A stretch of DNA of 64,000 nucleotides from an uncultured Chitinophagaceae bacterium (GCA_963783125.1 CAWAMQ010000009.1:5474-69473); one strand, 5' to 3'; numbered from the stretch's first letter, positions 51,244 to 61,375 are shown. Notes: generated from the letters alone by a model not told the origin. Translations and numbers: made by a program.

Positions 51244-51251
51244 CAAAGATA
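51244..51251 (-). promoter_or_regulatory. -7 promoter box for tgt
   Basis: Minus-strand TATCTTTG upstream of the ATG. Confidence 0.55.
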
Positions 51252-51330
51252 ACTTTCAAAAAATTCATTTTATAAACATTGGATGTTATTATTATTATTT
51301 TGCATCAACGAATAACGCAAGTATGTTTGC

Positions 51331-52470
51331 ATGCAAATGAAACTGGCTGAATTTTTTTCTGATCCGGGAAAATTGATCTTCCTGGTTTTTTGTATAATCA
51401 CTTTTATACAATTATTTTACTATTTATTTTTCTTTTTGCGACTGGCTCTTTTTAAATCAAAGCCGAAAAATATTTCACAAACACATCCTGTTTCTGTTAT
51501 CATTTGTTCCAGGGACGAAGCGGCAAATCTTGTAAAAAATCTCCCGGGCGCATTGGTACAAAAATACCGAACTACGCATGAGGTGATCGTGGTGGATGAC
51601 AATTCGCTGGATGAAAGCAAATACATTATTGAAGAGTTTCAGCGCAAATTCAGGCAGTTGCAATTTATTGAGTTGAAGCAGGAAGCTCGATTTATCCCCG
51701 GCAAGAAATATCCTTTGAGTGTAGGAATAAAAACGGCGAAACACGAGATCGTATTGTTGACAGATGCAGACTGCGTGCCGGCTTCAGAGTTTTGGATCGA
51801 AAAAATGCAGGAGGGATTTACAGATGGAATTGAAATTGTTTTAGGCTACGGCGCAATGCATAAAGCAAAAGGTTTGTTGAATAAATTGGTAAGATGGGAA
51901 ACCTTTCATACCGCGTTGCAATATTTGTCTTATGCAAAAAGCGGCCTTCCCTACATGGGCGTCGGTCGAAACCTGAGTTATAAAAAATCCGTTTTTTTCA
52001 GGCATAAAGGATTCTCGGCTCATAATCATGTGCCCGGCGGTGACGATGATCTTTTTATCAACAAGGCGGCAACTAAAAAGAATACGGCGATAGTAGTTGA
52101 TAAAGATGCGTTCACGTTATCTGCTGCTCCAAAAACCTGGAAACAATGGATAAGGCAGAAAAAGCGACATTACACTACCAGCAAATATTATAAAGCAGGA
52201 CATAAGTTTTTATTGGGGTTGTACGCCTTTTCTCTTTTTGTTTTTTATCCTCTTTTTGTTGTCTCTCTTTTTGTTTTTGATTGGCGATTAACGCTCGGTG
52301 TTTTTGGCATCCGTTTCCTGGTGCAGGCTTTCATTATTTTCAAAACTACGCGCAAACTGGATGAAAAAGATCTTTTTCCATGGTTTGTTTTCTTCGATGT
52401 GTGGATGTTTTTTTATTACCTGTTTTTTGCCACTTCTATTTTTAAAAAACCTGCAAAGAAATGGAAATAG
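51331..52470 (+). CDS. GT2 membrane glycosyltransferase
   Basis: VSVIICSRDE, VVDDNS, TDADC, GDDDL, QKKRH (QxxRW-like); flanking TMs. Confidence 0.9.
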   Translation: MQMKLAEFFSDPGKLIFLVFCIITFIQLFYYLFFFLRLALFKSKPKNISQTHPVSVIICSRDEAANLVKNLPGALVQKYRTTHEVIVVDDNSLDESKYIIEEFQRKFRQLQFIELKQEARFIPGKKYPLSVGIKTAKHEIVLLTDADCVPASEFWIEKMQEGFTDGIEIVLGYGAMHKAKGLLNKLVRWETFHTALQYLSYAKSGLPYMGVGRNLSYKKSVFFRHKGFSAHNHVPGGDDDLFINKAATKKNTAIVVDKDAFTLSAAPKTWKQWIRQKKRHYTTSKYYKAGHKFLLGLYAFSLFVFYPLFVVSLFVFDWRLTLGVFGIRFLVQAFIIFKTTRKLDEKDLFPWFVFFDVWMFFYYLFFATSIFKKPAKKWK

Positions 52471-52585
52471 GCAGGCTATTTGTTTTGAGTAAAGAAGTCG
52501 GTCTTAAATTGCAACGGTAACAACTAAAATAAGAATTCAATTTTTTTGTTTGTTTACTGAATTTTCATCATCAAATTTTCACGAA

Positions 52586-53953
52586 ATGAAGTATTGCAAA
52601 AACTGGATGTATTTAGTGTTGGTCACTGTTTGCTTTTCGTGCGGCAGTTCAAAAAAAACAGCACAGGTTACCGAAAGCACTGTTGATAAATCATCAGACG
52701 ATTCTCTGTTAACAGAGGTGCAACGTCAAACATTCAAATATTTTTGGGATGGCGCGGAACCTAACAGCGGGATGGCACCGGAAAGAATTAATGTGGATGG
52801 TGTTTATCCTCAAAATGATAAAGATGTGGTAACGACCGGTGGCAGCGGGTTTGGAGTAATGGCCATTCTCGCGGGAATTCATCGCGGCTTTATTACCCGC
52901 GCAGAAGGTGAAGCACGGTTAGAAAAAATTGTAAACTTTCTTGAGAAAGCGGATCGTTTTCATGGTGCGTGGCCACATTGGATGTACGGCGCTACGGGTA
53001 AAGTAAAACCATTTAGTAAAAAAGATGATGGGGGAGATTTGGTAGAAACCGCTTTTATGATGGAAGGGCTTTTGAGCGCCAGGCAATATTTTAAAAATGG
53101 TAATGAACAGGAAAAAAAACTGGCTGCACGGATAGATGCACTATGGAAAGAAGTTGATTGGAACTGGTACCGTAACGGACAAAATGTTCTCTACTGGCAT
53201 TGGAGTCCTGATTATGCATGGCAGATGAATTTCCCGATACACGGTTACAACGAATGCCTGATCCTGTATGTCATTGCGGCATCTTCTCCTACACACGGGG
53301 TTCCTGCATCGGTTTACCACGAAGGCTGGGCAGAAAACGGGAAAATAAAATCGCCGTCAGAACATTTCGGGTATACATTACAGTTACATCACCAGGGTGC
53401 GCCAAATGGTGGTCCTTTATTTTGGGCACATTACTCTTACATGGGCCTCGATCCTCACGGATTAAAAGATGAATATGCTGATTATTGGAAAGAAAATAGG
53501 GACCAGGCATTGATCAATTATACCTGGTGCGTAAAAAATCCAAAAAAATATGTCGGTTATGGTCCGGATAACTGGGGGCTTACTGCCAGCTATTCTGTAA
53601 AAGGATATTCAGGCCATGCACCTTCTGAAGAACGGGATTTGGGCGTCATATCGCCAACGGCTGCCATATCATCAATTCCTTATACGCCGGAAAAATCGTT
53701 GGCGGCAATGCGATATTGGCTTACCAATCAGCAAATGAAAGATAAACTGTGGGGGCCTTATGGCTTTTACGATGCCTTCAGCGAAACGGCCAACTGGTAT
53801 CCGCAAAAATACCTGGCGATAGACCAGGGTCCGGAAGTGGTAATGATTGAAAATTACAGAAGCGGGATGATCTGGAAATTGTTTATGAGTTGCCCTGAGA
53901 TACAGCAGGGGTTGAAAAAATTAGGTTTTCAAAGTCCGTATTTAAAAAAATAG
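52586..53953 (+). CDS. Glucoamylase-like (alpha/alpha)6 lipoprotein, probable GH144 endo-beta-1,2-glucanase
   Basis: Lipobox CFSC; FKYFWDGAEP, TTGGSGFG, FHGAWPHW, GGDLVETAF, YNECLI, GPLFWAHYSY, YLAIDQGP recalled as GH144-type motifs. Confidence 0.78.
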   Translation: MKYCKNWMYLVLVTVCFSCGSSKKTAQVTESTVDKSSDDSLLTEVQRQTFKYFWDGAEPNSGMAPERINVDGVYPQNDKDVVTTGGSGFGVMAILAGIHRGFITRAEGEARLEKIVNFLEKADRFHGAWPHWMYGATGKVKPFSKKDDGGDLVETAFMMEGLLSARQYFKNGNEQEKKLAARIDALWKEVDWNWYRNGQNVLYWHWSPDYAWQMNFPIHGYNECLILYVIAASSPTHGVPASVYHEGWAENGKIKSPSEHFGYTLQLHHQGAPNGGPLFWAHYSYMGLDPHGLKDEYADYWKENRDQALINYTWCVKNPKKYVGYGPDNWGLTASYSVKGYSGHAPSEERDLGVISPTAAISSIPYTPEKSLAAMRYWLTNQQMKDKLWGPYGFYDAFSETANWYPQKYLAIDQGPEVVMIENYRSGMIWKLFMSCPEIQQGLKKLGFQSPYLKK

Positions 53954-54018
53954 GTTATCTAAAAATCAGAATAAAAATCTTCACAATTTGTTGGTTTACT
54001 ATAAGCAGATTCAAAAAA

Positions 54019-54046
54019 AATCCCTTCACAAAAATGTGAAGGGATT
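54019..54046 (-). terminator. Intrinsic terminator of groES-groEL
   Basis: AATCCCTTCACA-AAAA-TGTGAAGGGATT hairpin with an A8 tract. Confidence 0.8.
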
Positions 54047-54082
54047 GAAATTGAAAATTTATTTTTTGTGGGAGTGCATGGA

Positions 54083-55729
54083 TTAATAACCCATATCACC
54101 CATTCCACCGCCCATTCCGCCACCCATAGGAGGCATTCCTGCTTTATCTTTTTCTGGTTTGTCAGAAACCACACATTCGGTAGTTAATAACATTCCGGCA
54201 ATTGAAGCGGCATTTTCCAAAGCGATCCTGGTAACTTTTGTAGGATCAATAACACCTGCAGCCAATAAGTTTTCATAAACTTCTGTGCGTGCATTAAATC
54301 CGTAATCAGCTTTGCCATCTTTGATTTTCTGAACAACAATGCTTCCTTCAATTCCGCTATTGATAACGATCTGGCGAACCGGTTCTTCAACAGCACGTTT
54401 GATGATCTGAATTCCGGTTGTTTCATCAGCGTTTACGCCTTTTAATTTTTCAAGGCTTTCGATTGCGCGGATGTAAGCCACACCACCGCCGGGAACGATT
54501 CCTTCTTCCACAGCAGCTCTTGTTGCATGAAGTGCGTCATCTACGCGATCTTTCTTTTCTTTCATTTCTACTTCTGAAGCAGCACCCACATAAAGTACAG
54601 CCACACCACCGCTTAATTTAGCAAGGCGCTCCTGTAATTTTTCTTTATCGTAATCTGAAGTTGTAGTTTCGATCTGAGCTTTGATCTGGTTCACTCTTGC
54701 AGTGATGTCTTTTTTATCGCCTTTACCATCAACGATAGTAGTATTGTCTTTGTCGATAGTAACAGAAGCTGCTTCACCCAATGAAGTGATGTCTGCATTT
54801 TCCAGTTTGTAACCTTGTTCTTCGCTGATAACGGTTCCTTTGGTAAGTACTGCGATATCCTGCAACATTTCTTTTCTGCGATCGCCGAAGCCCGGAGCTT
54901 TTACAGCAGCCACTTTCAGCACGCCTTTCAATTTGTTTACGATCAAAGCAGCTAAAGCTTCACCTTCCAAATCTTCAGAAATGATCAACAACGGGCGGCC
55001 GCTTTGAGCAACTTTTTCAAGAAGAGGAAGGATATCTTTCATTGAAGAAACCTTCTTATCATAAATAAGTATGTAAGGATTTTCCAGTTCTACCTGCATT
55101 TTTTCGCTGTTGGTAACGAAGTAAGGAGAAACATAACCCCTGTCGAATTGCATACCTTCTACCACGTCAACAGTTGTATCAGTTCCTTTTGCTTCTTCAA
55201 CAGTAATTACGCCTTCTTTACCAACTTTCTTCATTGCCTCAGCAATCAGGCTCCCGATTGATTCTTCATTGTTGGCAGAGATAGAAGCCACCTGCTTGAT
55301 CTTATCATTATCGTCTCCAACTGTTACAGATTGTTTTTTAAGATTTTCAACAATTGCAATTACTGCTTTATCAATACCGCGTTTCAAATCCATTGGATTA
55401 GCGCCTGCAGCTACGTTACGTAAACCTTCACTAATGATAGACTGAGCCAAAACAGTAGCAGTGGTAGTACCGTCACCGGCAATATCAGCAGTTTTTGAGG
55501 CTACTTCCTTCACCATTTGCGCACCCATGTTTTCAATCGGATCTTCCAGTTCAATTTCTTTAGCAACGGTTACACCATCTTTGGTAACCTGCGGAGCACC
55601 AAACTTTTTTTCAATCACTACATTTCTGCCTTTTGGCCCAAGCGTTACCTTCACTGCATTGGCCAGTGTATCAACGCCCTTTTTCATTTTATTGCGGGCC
55701 TCGATGTCAAAAAATATTTGTTTAGCCAT
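54083..55729 (-). CDS. groL: Chaperonin GroEL
   Basis: [36 protein letters not shown]-terminal GGM repeats. Confidence 0.99.
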   Translation of the reverse strand: MAKQIFFDIEARNKMKKGVDTLANAVKVTLGPKGRNVVIEKKFGAPQVTKDGVTVAKEIELEDPIENMGAQMVKEVASKTADIAGDGTTTATVLAQSIISEGLRNVAAGANPMDLKRGIDKAVIAIVENLKKQSVTVGDDNDKIKQVASISANNEESIGSLIAEAMKKVGKEGVITVEEAKGTDTTVDVVEGMQFDRGYVSPYFVTNSEKMQVELENPYILIYDKKVSSMKDILPLLEKVAQSGRPLLIISEDLEGEALAALIVNKLKGVLKVAAVKAPGFGDRRKEMLQDIAVLTKGTVISEEQGYKLENADITSLGEAASVTIDKDNTTIVDGKGDKKDITARVNQIKAQIETTTSDYDKEKLQERLAKLSGGVAVLYVGAASEVEMKEKKDRVDDALHATRAAVEEGIVPGGGVAYIRAIESLEKLKGVNADETTGIQIIKRAVEEPVRQIVINSGIEGSIVVQKIKDGKADYGFNARTEVYENLLAAGVIDPTKVTRIALENAASIAGMLLTTECVVSDKPEKDKAGMPPMGGGMGGGMGDMGY

Positions 55730-55758
55730 AATATTTATTTTTCTTTTTTTTAAATGAA

Positions 55759-56058
55759 TTAACTAAGTTTCATCAGGATATCAGAAGAGCGCATGATCAG
55801 GTAATCTACCCCATCAATGGTTAGTTCTGTTCCTCCATATTTGCCATACATTACAGTATCACCTTCTTTTACCTGCATAGGAATCAGGTTGCCGGTTTGT
55901 TCTGCATATTTGCCTTTTCCCACAGCCACTACTGTTCCTTTTTGTGGTTTTTCTTTAGCTGTATCCGGAATGATAATTCCACCGGCGGTTTTCTCTTCAG
56001 CCGCATTCGGTTTAACCAGAACTCTGTCATCAAAGAGCTCAAAAGTTTGTTTTGCCAT
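55759..56058 (-). CDS. groS: Co-chaperonin GroES
   Basis: [41 protein letters not shown]. Confidence 0.97.
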   Translation of the reverse strand: MAKQTFELFDDRVLVKPNAAEEKTAGGIIIPDTAKEKPQKGTVVAVGKGKYAEQTGNLIPMQVKEGDTVMYGKYGGTELTIDGVDYLIMRSSDILMKLS

Positions 56059-56093
56059 AATTGTTAAATTTATTTAATTTATTATTTGGGTTG

Positions 56094-56101
56094 CAAATGT
56101 A
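56094..56101 (-). promoter_or_regulatory. -7 promoter box for groES-groEL
   Basis: Minus-strand TACATTTG. Confidence 0.55.
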
Positions 56102-56264
56102 CACGAATAATTGTACCAAAGAATTTTATCAGTTTAGTTGGCAGGAAATTGAATTGTGTGTCAGTTTTTTTAGGAAAAATAACCGTCAAAATTTCATTTT
56201 CGTTTGGCTATCCTGGTGAAGCGTGGATACGATTCAACTCTTTTGAGCAAAACAGGATGATGTT

Positions 56265-56855
56265 TTACTGCTCATCCACAAGTTTCCATTGCGTTTGCAA
56301 TTCATGCAATTTGTTTTCGGGTAAACGCGATTTGTCATAATGGCCTTTTTCGTTTTTTTGGCGGAAAGCTTCATAAAGGGTAACTGCACAGGCTACAGAA
56401 ATATTTAATGATTTGATAATACCAACCTGCGGAATAATAAAATCCCCGTGGGAATATTTCCGGATGTTATCACTCACCCCGAACGTTTCGTTTCCAAAAA
56501 CAAGGGCGATGGATTCAGTAAGATCCATTGAATATAAATCAGCCGATGCTTCACCCAGGTGAGACGTATAAATTTTGTTATACTTTTTAGAAACTTCATT
56601 AAAACACTCTTCTGCATTGGTAAATTGGTGAACTGAAAGCCATTGAGCGGCGGTAGAAGAACTTCGATAACCCCATTTTCTGTGGGGCGGAATGCGGTCA
56701 TTTAAAATATAAATATCCTGGATGCCAACCGCGTCGCAGGTGCGCATCACGGCAGAAACGTTGTGCGGGTCGAATACATTTTCCAACACGACAGTAAGAT
56801 CGGGCTGGCGGCGATTAAGAACTGATGTGAGACGGTTGAAACGTTGTGGAGTCAT
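56265..56855 (-). CDS. trmH: SpoU/TrmH-family tRNA 2'-O-ribose methyltransferase (Gm18-type)
   Basis: VLENVFDPHNVSAVMRTCDAVG, VFGNETFG, IPQVGIIKSLNISVA. Confidence 0.85.
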   Translation of the reverse strand: MTPQRFNRLTSVLNRRQPDLTVVLENVFDPHNVSAVMRTCDAVGIQDIYILNDRIPPHRKWGYRSSSTAAQWLSVHQFTNAEECFNEVSKKYNKIYTSHLGEASADLYSMDLTESIALVFGNETFGVSDNIRKYSHGDFIIPQVGIIKSLNISVACAVTLYEAFRQKNEKGHYDKSRLPENKLHELQTQWKLVDEQ

Positions 56856-56903
56856 AATCCGGCAAAAATAAGAATTGCTATTCTTTGTTGTTTTACTATC
56901 AAC

Positions 56904-57533
56904 TTACCCTTCTTTTTTTACCAATTCCACTTCGGTGATGGGGCTGAACAGGAACTGTTTTTTTGTAACCTCGTCTTTACATAAAAAGCGCGTTCTTATT
57001 TTTTTCTCTTTCCTGTAAATATGGCCGTTTTTAAACCTGAACAAACTATTATCAGGCAATTCTTCCAATAAATAAACTCCTGGTTTATGCGGATCGTATT
57101 TCTTTAAAACCCTGGTCAGTGGAGCTTCTGCGCAGGAACTTGCAGCCGGGTTACTTAAAGTTTTCAAAAGTTCTCTTTCTATATCAGCAGGAAATATTTT
57201 TTTTGAAATAAAACGTGCGAGAATCTTTCCAAATTCATTCTTCCATTCGGTTCCGTGGGCCTGTATCCTGTGGCCATGTTTTTCATACGCTACCAAATGG
57301 CCCAGTTCATGCAACAATGTAATAAGAAAAGAATATTTATTAAGATTACCATTGACACTGATCCGGTGATTTTTACCGAGATGTTTGTTCCGGTAGTCGC
57401 CGAGTTTTGTTAAGCGTTCACGGGTAACCGTTAGATGCACTTTATATGCTGTCAGGTAAAAAACCACGTCATCAAACGAGCCTTCGGGCAGATAAGGATT
57501 GAGTGCTTGTAAAGGAGATTCTTTTTTAGGCAT
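56904..57533 (-). CDS. SprT-like metalloprotease domain protein
   Basis: RLTKLGDYR, ITLLHELGH, HGTEWK. Confidence 0.88.
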   Translation of the reverse strand: MPKKESPLQALNPYLPEGSFDDVVFYLTAYKVHLTVTRERLTKLGDYRNKHLGKNHRISVNGNLNKYSFLITLLHELGHLVAYEKHGHRIQAHGTEWKNEFGKILARFISKKIFPADIERELLKTLSNPAASSCAEAPLTRVLKKYDPHKPGVYLLEELPDNSLFRFKNGHIYRKEKKIRTRFLCKDEVTKKQFLFSPITEVELVKKEG

Positions 57534-57927
57534 CGGGTTTCTTTCGCGCTATTTTCATTAACTGAATTACTTCCAGGGAAGTATACACCAAATAAATTCC
57601 CATCGAAGTAAGGATCGACGGCTTGTTCGCTTCTCCGCCCATCACCAAAATATAAATAACGATGGCCACAACGATCACAAACATCTTAAGCAGGAGAGAA
57701 GAGTAAACGCCCCTGATGAAAGCATTGATATTGGTAGAACGCACGCCTTTTGTCTGGATGTAAAATCCCAAAAAAGTGAGAATAAAAAGTATCGCATTGG
57801 CCACTAATAAAAAACCGATATTGAAGCCATATTCTTTCAATGAAGCGCCGAAAATGAAAAGCACAAGATTGATCACGAGGAAGAGGCCTATCACAGAAAT
57901 GAATTTTTTTATAAGGGCTTGAATCAT
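57526..57927 (-). CDS. 4-TM membrane protein, AtpI-like
   Basis: 133 aa, four helices, overlaps the upstream AtpZ-like gene; position typical of atpI. Confidence 0.6.
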   Translation of the reverse strand: MIQALIKKFISVIGLFLVINLVLFIFGASLKEYGFNIGFLLVANAILFILTFLGFYIQTKGVRSTNINAFIRGVYSSLLLKMFVIVVAIVIYILVMGGEANKPSILTSMGIYLVYTSLEVIQLMKIARKKPDA

Positions 57928-58133
57928 TTTTTTGAAGTGTCTTTTATTATTTTAATAGTAAGGGCAATAATGATCAACAACGGCAGCAGCCACACAAGCA
58001 AAGGAAAAGAAAATTTTAACCAATTATCAGCTTTTAAACCAATAAATATTCCGAGGGCGATGCTTGCTAAAAACTCCATCCCCATGCCGGCATATCTTAA
58101 CAAATCACTGTTGTTTTCTTTTTTTGTTTTCAA
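57924..58133 (-). CDS. AtpZ/AtpI family small 2-TM protein
   Basis: LRYAGMGMEF...IGLKADNWL...LVWLLPLL pattern of the ATPase_gene1 family. Confidence 0.75.
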   Translation of the reverse strand: MKTKKENNSDLLRYAGMGMEFLASIALGIFIGLKADNWLKFSFPLLVWLLPLLIIIALTIKIIKDTSKK

Positions 58134-58328
58134 ATCTTATAATAGTTAAATAAAGCTGTTCATTCTCCCTATCATTCCAGGTTGTTAAAAAATACGCGGG
58201 CCGCTGTATATATTGACATATTAGGCTAAAATAACCGTATTTTTAAAATATTTTTGCAGAAAAAGAGTTCTTATCAGTAAATAGACTTTTTTTGCTGATT
58301 CTTACTTCTAAAAATTTTAAAAATATTA

Positions 58329-61325
58329 ATGAAAAGCCGGATCATTAAGTCATTGTCTCTTTTACTGATCTTCTTTTTTTTGTTGCCGGATGTTCATGCT
58401 CAATTGGGCAAAATTACTTTTGATTTACAAAAAGACAAACCGCAAAAATTTAAAGATAAGCCGCTTCGGTCTGAAAAGCCGCAGGATAAAAAGTTACGCC
58501 TTGTCGGCAGGTTCGTTCAAAATACTACCAGCCATTATAACTACTTCTTTAACGCCAATAACAAAATCAATGCTACCATTGAAATGGCAAGGATGGCGAC
58601 AAAAGATGATTATTCTCAATTGTTACCTTATTACAGTTTTACTTTAGATAATACCGCTGCACAAAAAACACAGCTTGATTCTGTAATTCTTGAAGCCACT
58701 GCCGGAATCCTGCTCCATGATCTTCGCACCAACTGGGTTGATAATTTTTATTTATTGATCGGGGAGGCTTATTACCTGCGAAAAGATTTTGACTCCGCTT
58801 CAATGACATTCCAGTTCATCAATTACAATCTTTACCCGAGAAAAAAGAAAGATGAGGACCAAATGGTGGTAGGCAGTAACGACAATGGGAGCATCAATGC
58901 TTTAAGTGTTTCCAGTAAAGAAGACAGGAATATTATTGATAAAGCTTTTTCAAGGCCCCCCAGCCGAAATGACGCTTTGGTGTGGCAGGTGCGAACGCTC
59001 ACCGACATGGGTGATTATCCCGAAGCCGCAGGACTCATTAATACGCTGCGCAATGACCCGCAATTTCCTGGCAGACTGGAGCCTTATTTCCAGGAGGTGC
59101 AGGGGTATTGGTTTTTCAAACAACAGATGTATGACAGCGCTATAGCTTACATTAAAAATTCTATTCCTAATTCACTGGATTTGCAGGACCAGGCAAGGCG
59201 CGAATATTTGCTTGGCCAGCTTTACGAAATGAATAACAGCCAGGACACGGCATCTTCGTATTACAACCTTGCTATAAAACATACTACCGATCCGTTAATG
59301 GACATTTACGCCAATCTTAACCAGGCCAAAATGCTCAAAAGCGATGATCCTGCAGAAATAGATAATGCCATCGCACGCCTTTTGCGCATGGCCCGTAAAG
59401 ATAAATTTGATCCGTACCGGGATATTATATATTATTCTGCAGCGGAAATCGCCTTATTAAAACCTGATACAACAGCAGCGCTTTCATTTTACAAAGCCAG
59501 CACCGTTTATAATACCGGTGATCTGTCTCTGAAAAATAAAGCCTTCCTGAATCTTGCAGAAATAAACTACCAGATGAAAAATTATAAGCAAGCTTATAAT
59601 TTTTATGACAGCCTGCAGGCAGGCGATACTACATTGAAAAATTTTGCCGATATACAATTAAGGAAAAATGCATTAGCCCAAATTGTCAGGAACCTTAATG
59701 TTATTGACAGGGAAGATAGTTTGCAGGCAATTGCCGCAATGCCCGAATCTGAAAGAAATAGTTTCCTGAAAAAATTATCCAGGAAACTGATGAAAGAGCG
59801 TGGTATAAAAGCGGGGCAGGATAATTACAACTCTTCAGCTGCATTTTTCAACAAGCAAAACCAGGGGCAGGATTTTTTCGGAAATAATACAACGAAAGGT
59901 GAATGGTATTTTTACAATAATTCAGTAAAGGCACAGGGGTTTAATGAGTTTAAAAGAATTTGGGGAAAAAGGCAAAACGTTGACAACTGGCGCACCATGT
60001 CATCGAGCCAAAATTCTTCAATTGCCAATAACCCTGCACAGGTGAATGCAAACTATGGAGATCCGATGGCGCCGCAGGCCAAACCGGGTGACGGGGAATC
60101 TTTAGAACCGCCCATACAGCAGGACGTCTCAGAAGAAGGATTACTCGCCAATCTGCCGCTTACCCCACCACAACTTGATTCCAGCAATGCAAAAGTGGCG
60201 CGGTCTTTATTTGCCGTAGGTAAAGATTACCAAAACCTCCTTGAAGATTATACTGCTGCCATCGATGCGTACCAGCAATCGTTAAAACGATTTCCTGACA
60301 GCCTGTATAACGGCGAGCTGTATATGAATTTGTCTTTTTGTTATAGCAAGATTGGTAACCAGCAGATGGCAGATTATTATAAAAGCCTTTTGTTGAAGAA
60401 TTTTAATAATACCAAATATGCAATGATCGTTGCTCATCCTGAGGCTTTCAATCCTTCCAAAAAAGACACGGCTGCAGAAAGGAGATACGATAATATTTAT
60501 AATCTTTTCATTGAAGGCAATTTTGACAAGGCCATACAGGAAAAAAATGCGGCCGACAGCTTGTACGGACAAAGCTACTGGAACCCGCAATTGCTCTACA
60601 TTCAATCTGTTTATTACATTCAAAAGCGGCAGGATAGCGCGGCGATGAAAGTGTTGCACCAGATTGTTGACAATTACCCGAATACGCCTATGCAGGAAAA
60701 AGCGGCTACGATGATTGATGTTTTGGGCAGGAGAGACAGCATTGAGCGTTATCTTACCAATCTCAATGTGGTAAGAGCCCCGCAAGATTCCCAGGTGGTT
60801 GTTTTCGACGATTCTAAACCCGTCACCACGTTAAAAGCGCCCGAAAAACAGGCTCAAAAACCGGATATGCAGGAAGAAAAGGTAGTGGCAGGTAAAGCAG
60901 AATTAAATCCTGAAAAAAGATCAGCGCCACCGGTAAAGAAATCCGGCTTTATATTTGATCCTTTGGATTCACAAAATGTGGTGATGGTACTTACGAAAGT
61001 GGATCCGGTGTATAGCAGTGAAGCCAGGAACGCGTTTAACCGGTATAACAGCCAGAGCTACGCTACCAATAAGATCCGCATAGCAAAAGATACCCTCGAC
61101 AGTGAACGAACTTTATTGGTGTTTTCTCAATTTATTGATGCCGATGAAGCCATTAAGTACATGAACAAATTAAAGCAGGCAGCACCGGTACAAGTTTCCT
61201 GGTTGCCTGCTCAGAAATACGCTTTTTATATAATCTCAGACAGTAACCTTGAAGTTTTAAAAGAGAATAAAAATTTACAAAACTATATCCAGCTTCTGAA
61301 CAGTAAGTACCCCGGAAAATTTTAA
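58329..61325 (+). CDS. Large TPR periplasmic protein, PorW/SprE-like T9SS/gliding component
   Basis: Signal peptide; TTSHYNYFFNA, many TPRs, GEWYFYNNS..QGFNEFKRIWGKRQNVDNWR block typical of SprE/PorW; next to atpZ and PBP1A. Confidence 0.75.
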   Translation: MKSRIIKSLSLLLIFFFLLPDVHAQLGKITFDLQKDKPQKFKDKPLRSEKPQDKKLRLVGRFVQNTTSHYNYFFNANNKINATIEMARMATKDDYSQLLPYYSFTLDNTAAQKTQLDSVILEATAGILLHDLRTNWVDNFYLLIGEAYYLRKDFDSASMTFQFINYNLYPRKKKDEDQMVVGSNDNGSINALSVSSKEDRNIIDKAFSRPPSRNDALVWQVRTLTDMGDYPEAAGLINTLRNDPQFPGRLEPYFQEVQGYWFFKQQMYDSAIAYIKNSIPNSLDLQDQARREYLLGQLYEMNNSQDTASSYYNLAIKHTTDPLMDIYANLNQAKMLKSDDPAEIDNAIARLLRMARKDKFDPYRDIIYYSAAEIALLKPDTTAALSFYKASTVYNTGDLSLKNKAFLNLAEINYQMKNYKQAYNFYDSLQAGDTTLKNFADIQLRKNALAQIVRNLNVIDREDSLQAIAAMPESERNSFLKKLSRKLMKERGIKAGQDNYNSSAAFFNKQNQGQDFFGNNTTKGEWYFYNNSVKAQGFNEFKRIWGKRQNVDNWRTMSSSQNSSIANNPAQVNANYGDPMAPQAKPGDGESLEPPIQQDVSEEGLLANLPLTPPQLDSSNAKVARSLFAVGKDYQNLLEDYTAAIDAYQQSLKRFPDSLYNGELYMNLSFCYSKIGNQQMADYYKSLLLKNFNNTKYAMIVAHPEAFNPSKKDTAAERRYDNIYNLFIEGNFDKAIQEKNAADSLYGQSYWNPQLLYIQSVYYIQKRQDSAAMKVLHQIVDNYPNTPMQEKAATMIDVLGRRDSIERYLTNLNVVRAPQDSQVVVFDDSKPVTTLKAPEKQAQKPDMQEEKVVAGKAELNPEKRSAPPVKKSGFIFDPLDSQNVVMVLTKVDPVYSSEARNAFNRYNSQSYATNKIRIAKDTLDSERTLLVFSQFIDADEAIKYMNKLKQAAPVQVSWLPAQKYAFYIISDSNLEVLKENKNLQNYIQLLNSKYPGKF

Positions 61326-61375
61326 GCTTTTCTGTCAGATAAATTTGATACTTTTCGGTTTTTAAAGAATAGATA

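Noticed and set aside
56059-56264. CIRCE/HrcA operator upstream of groES
   Set aside because: The TTAGCACTC-N9-GAGTGCTAA inverted repeat is absent.
1452-58282. Motif as KOPS-like polar signal, -7 promoter box or RNA-level 3' UTR element
   Set aside because: Copies occur on both strands, do not match TAnnTTTG, and are both sense and antisense to the upstream gene.
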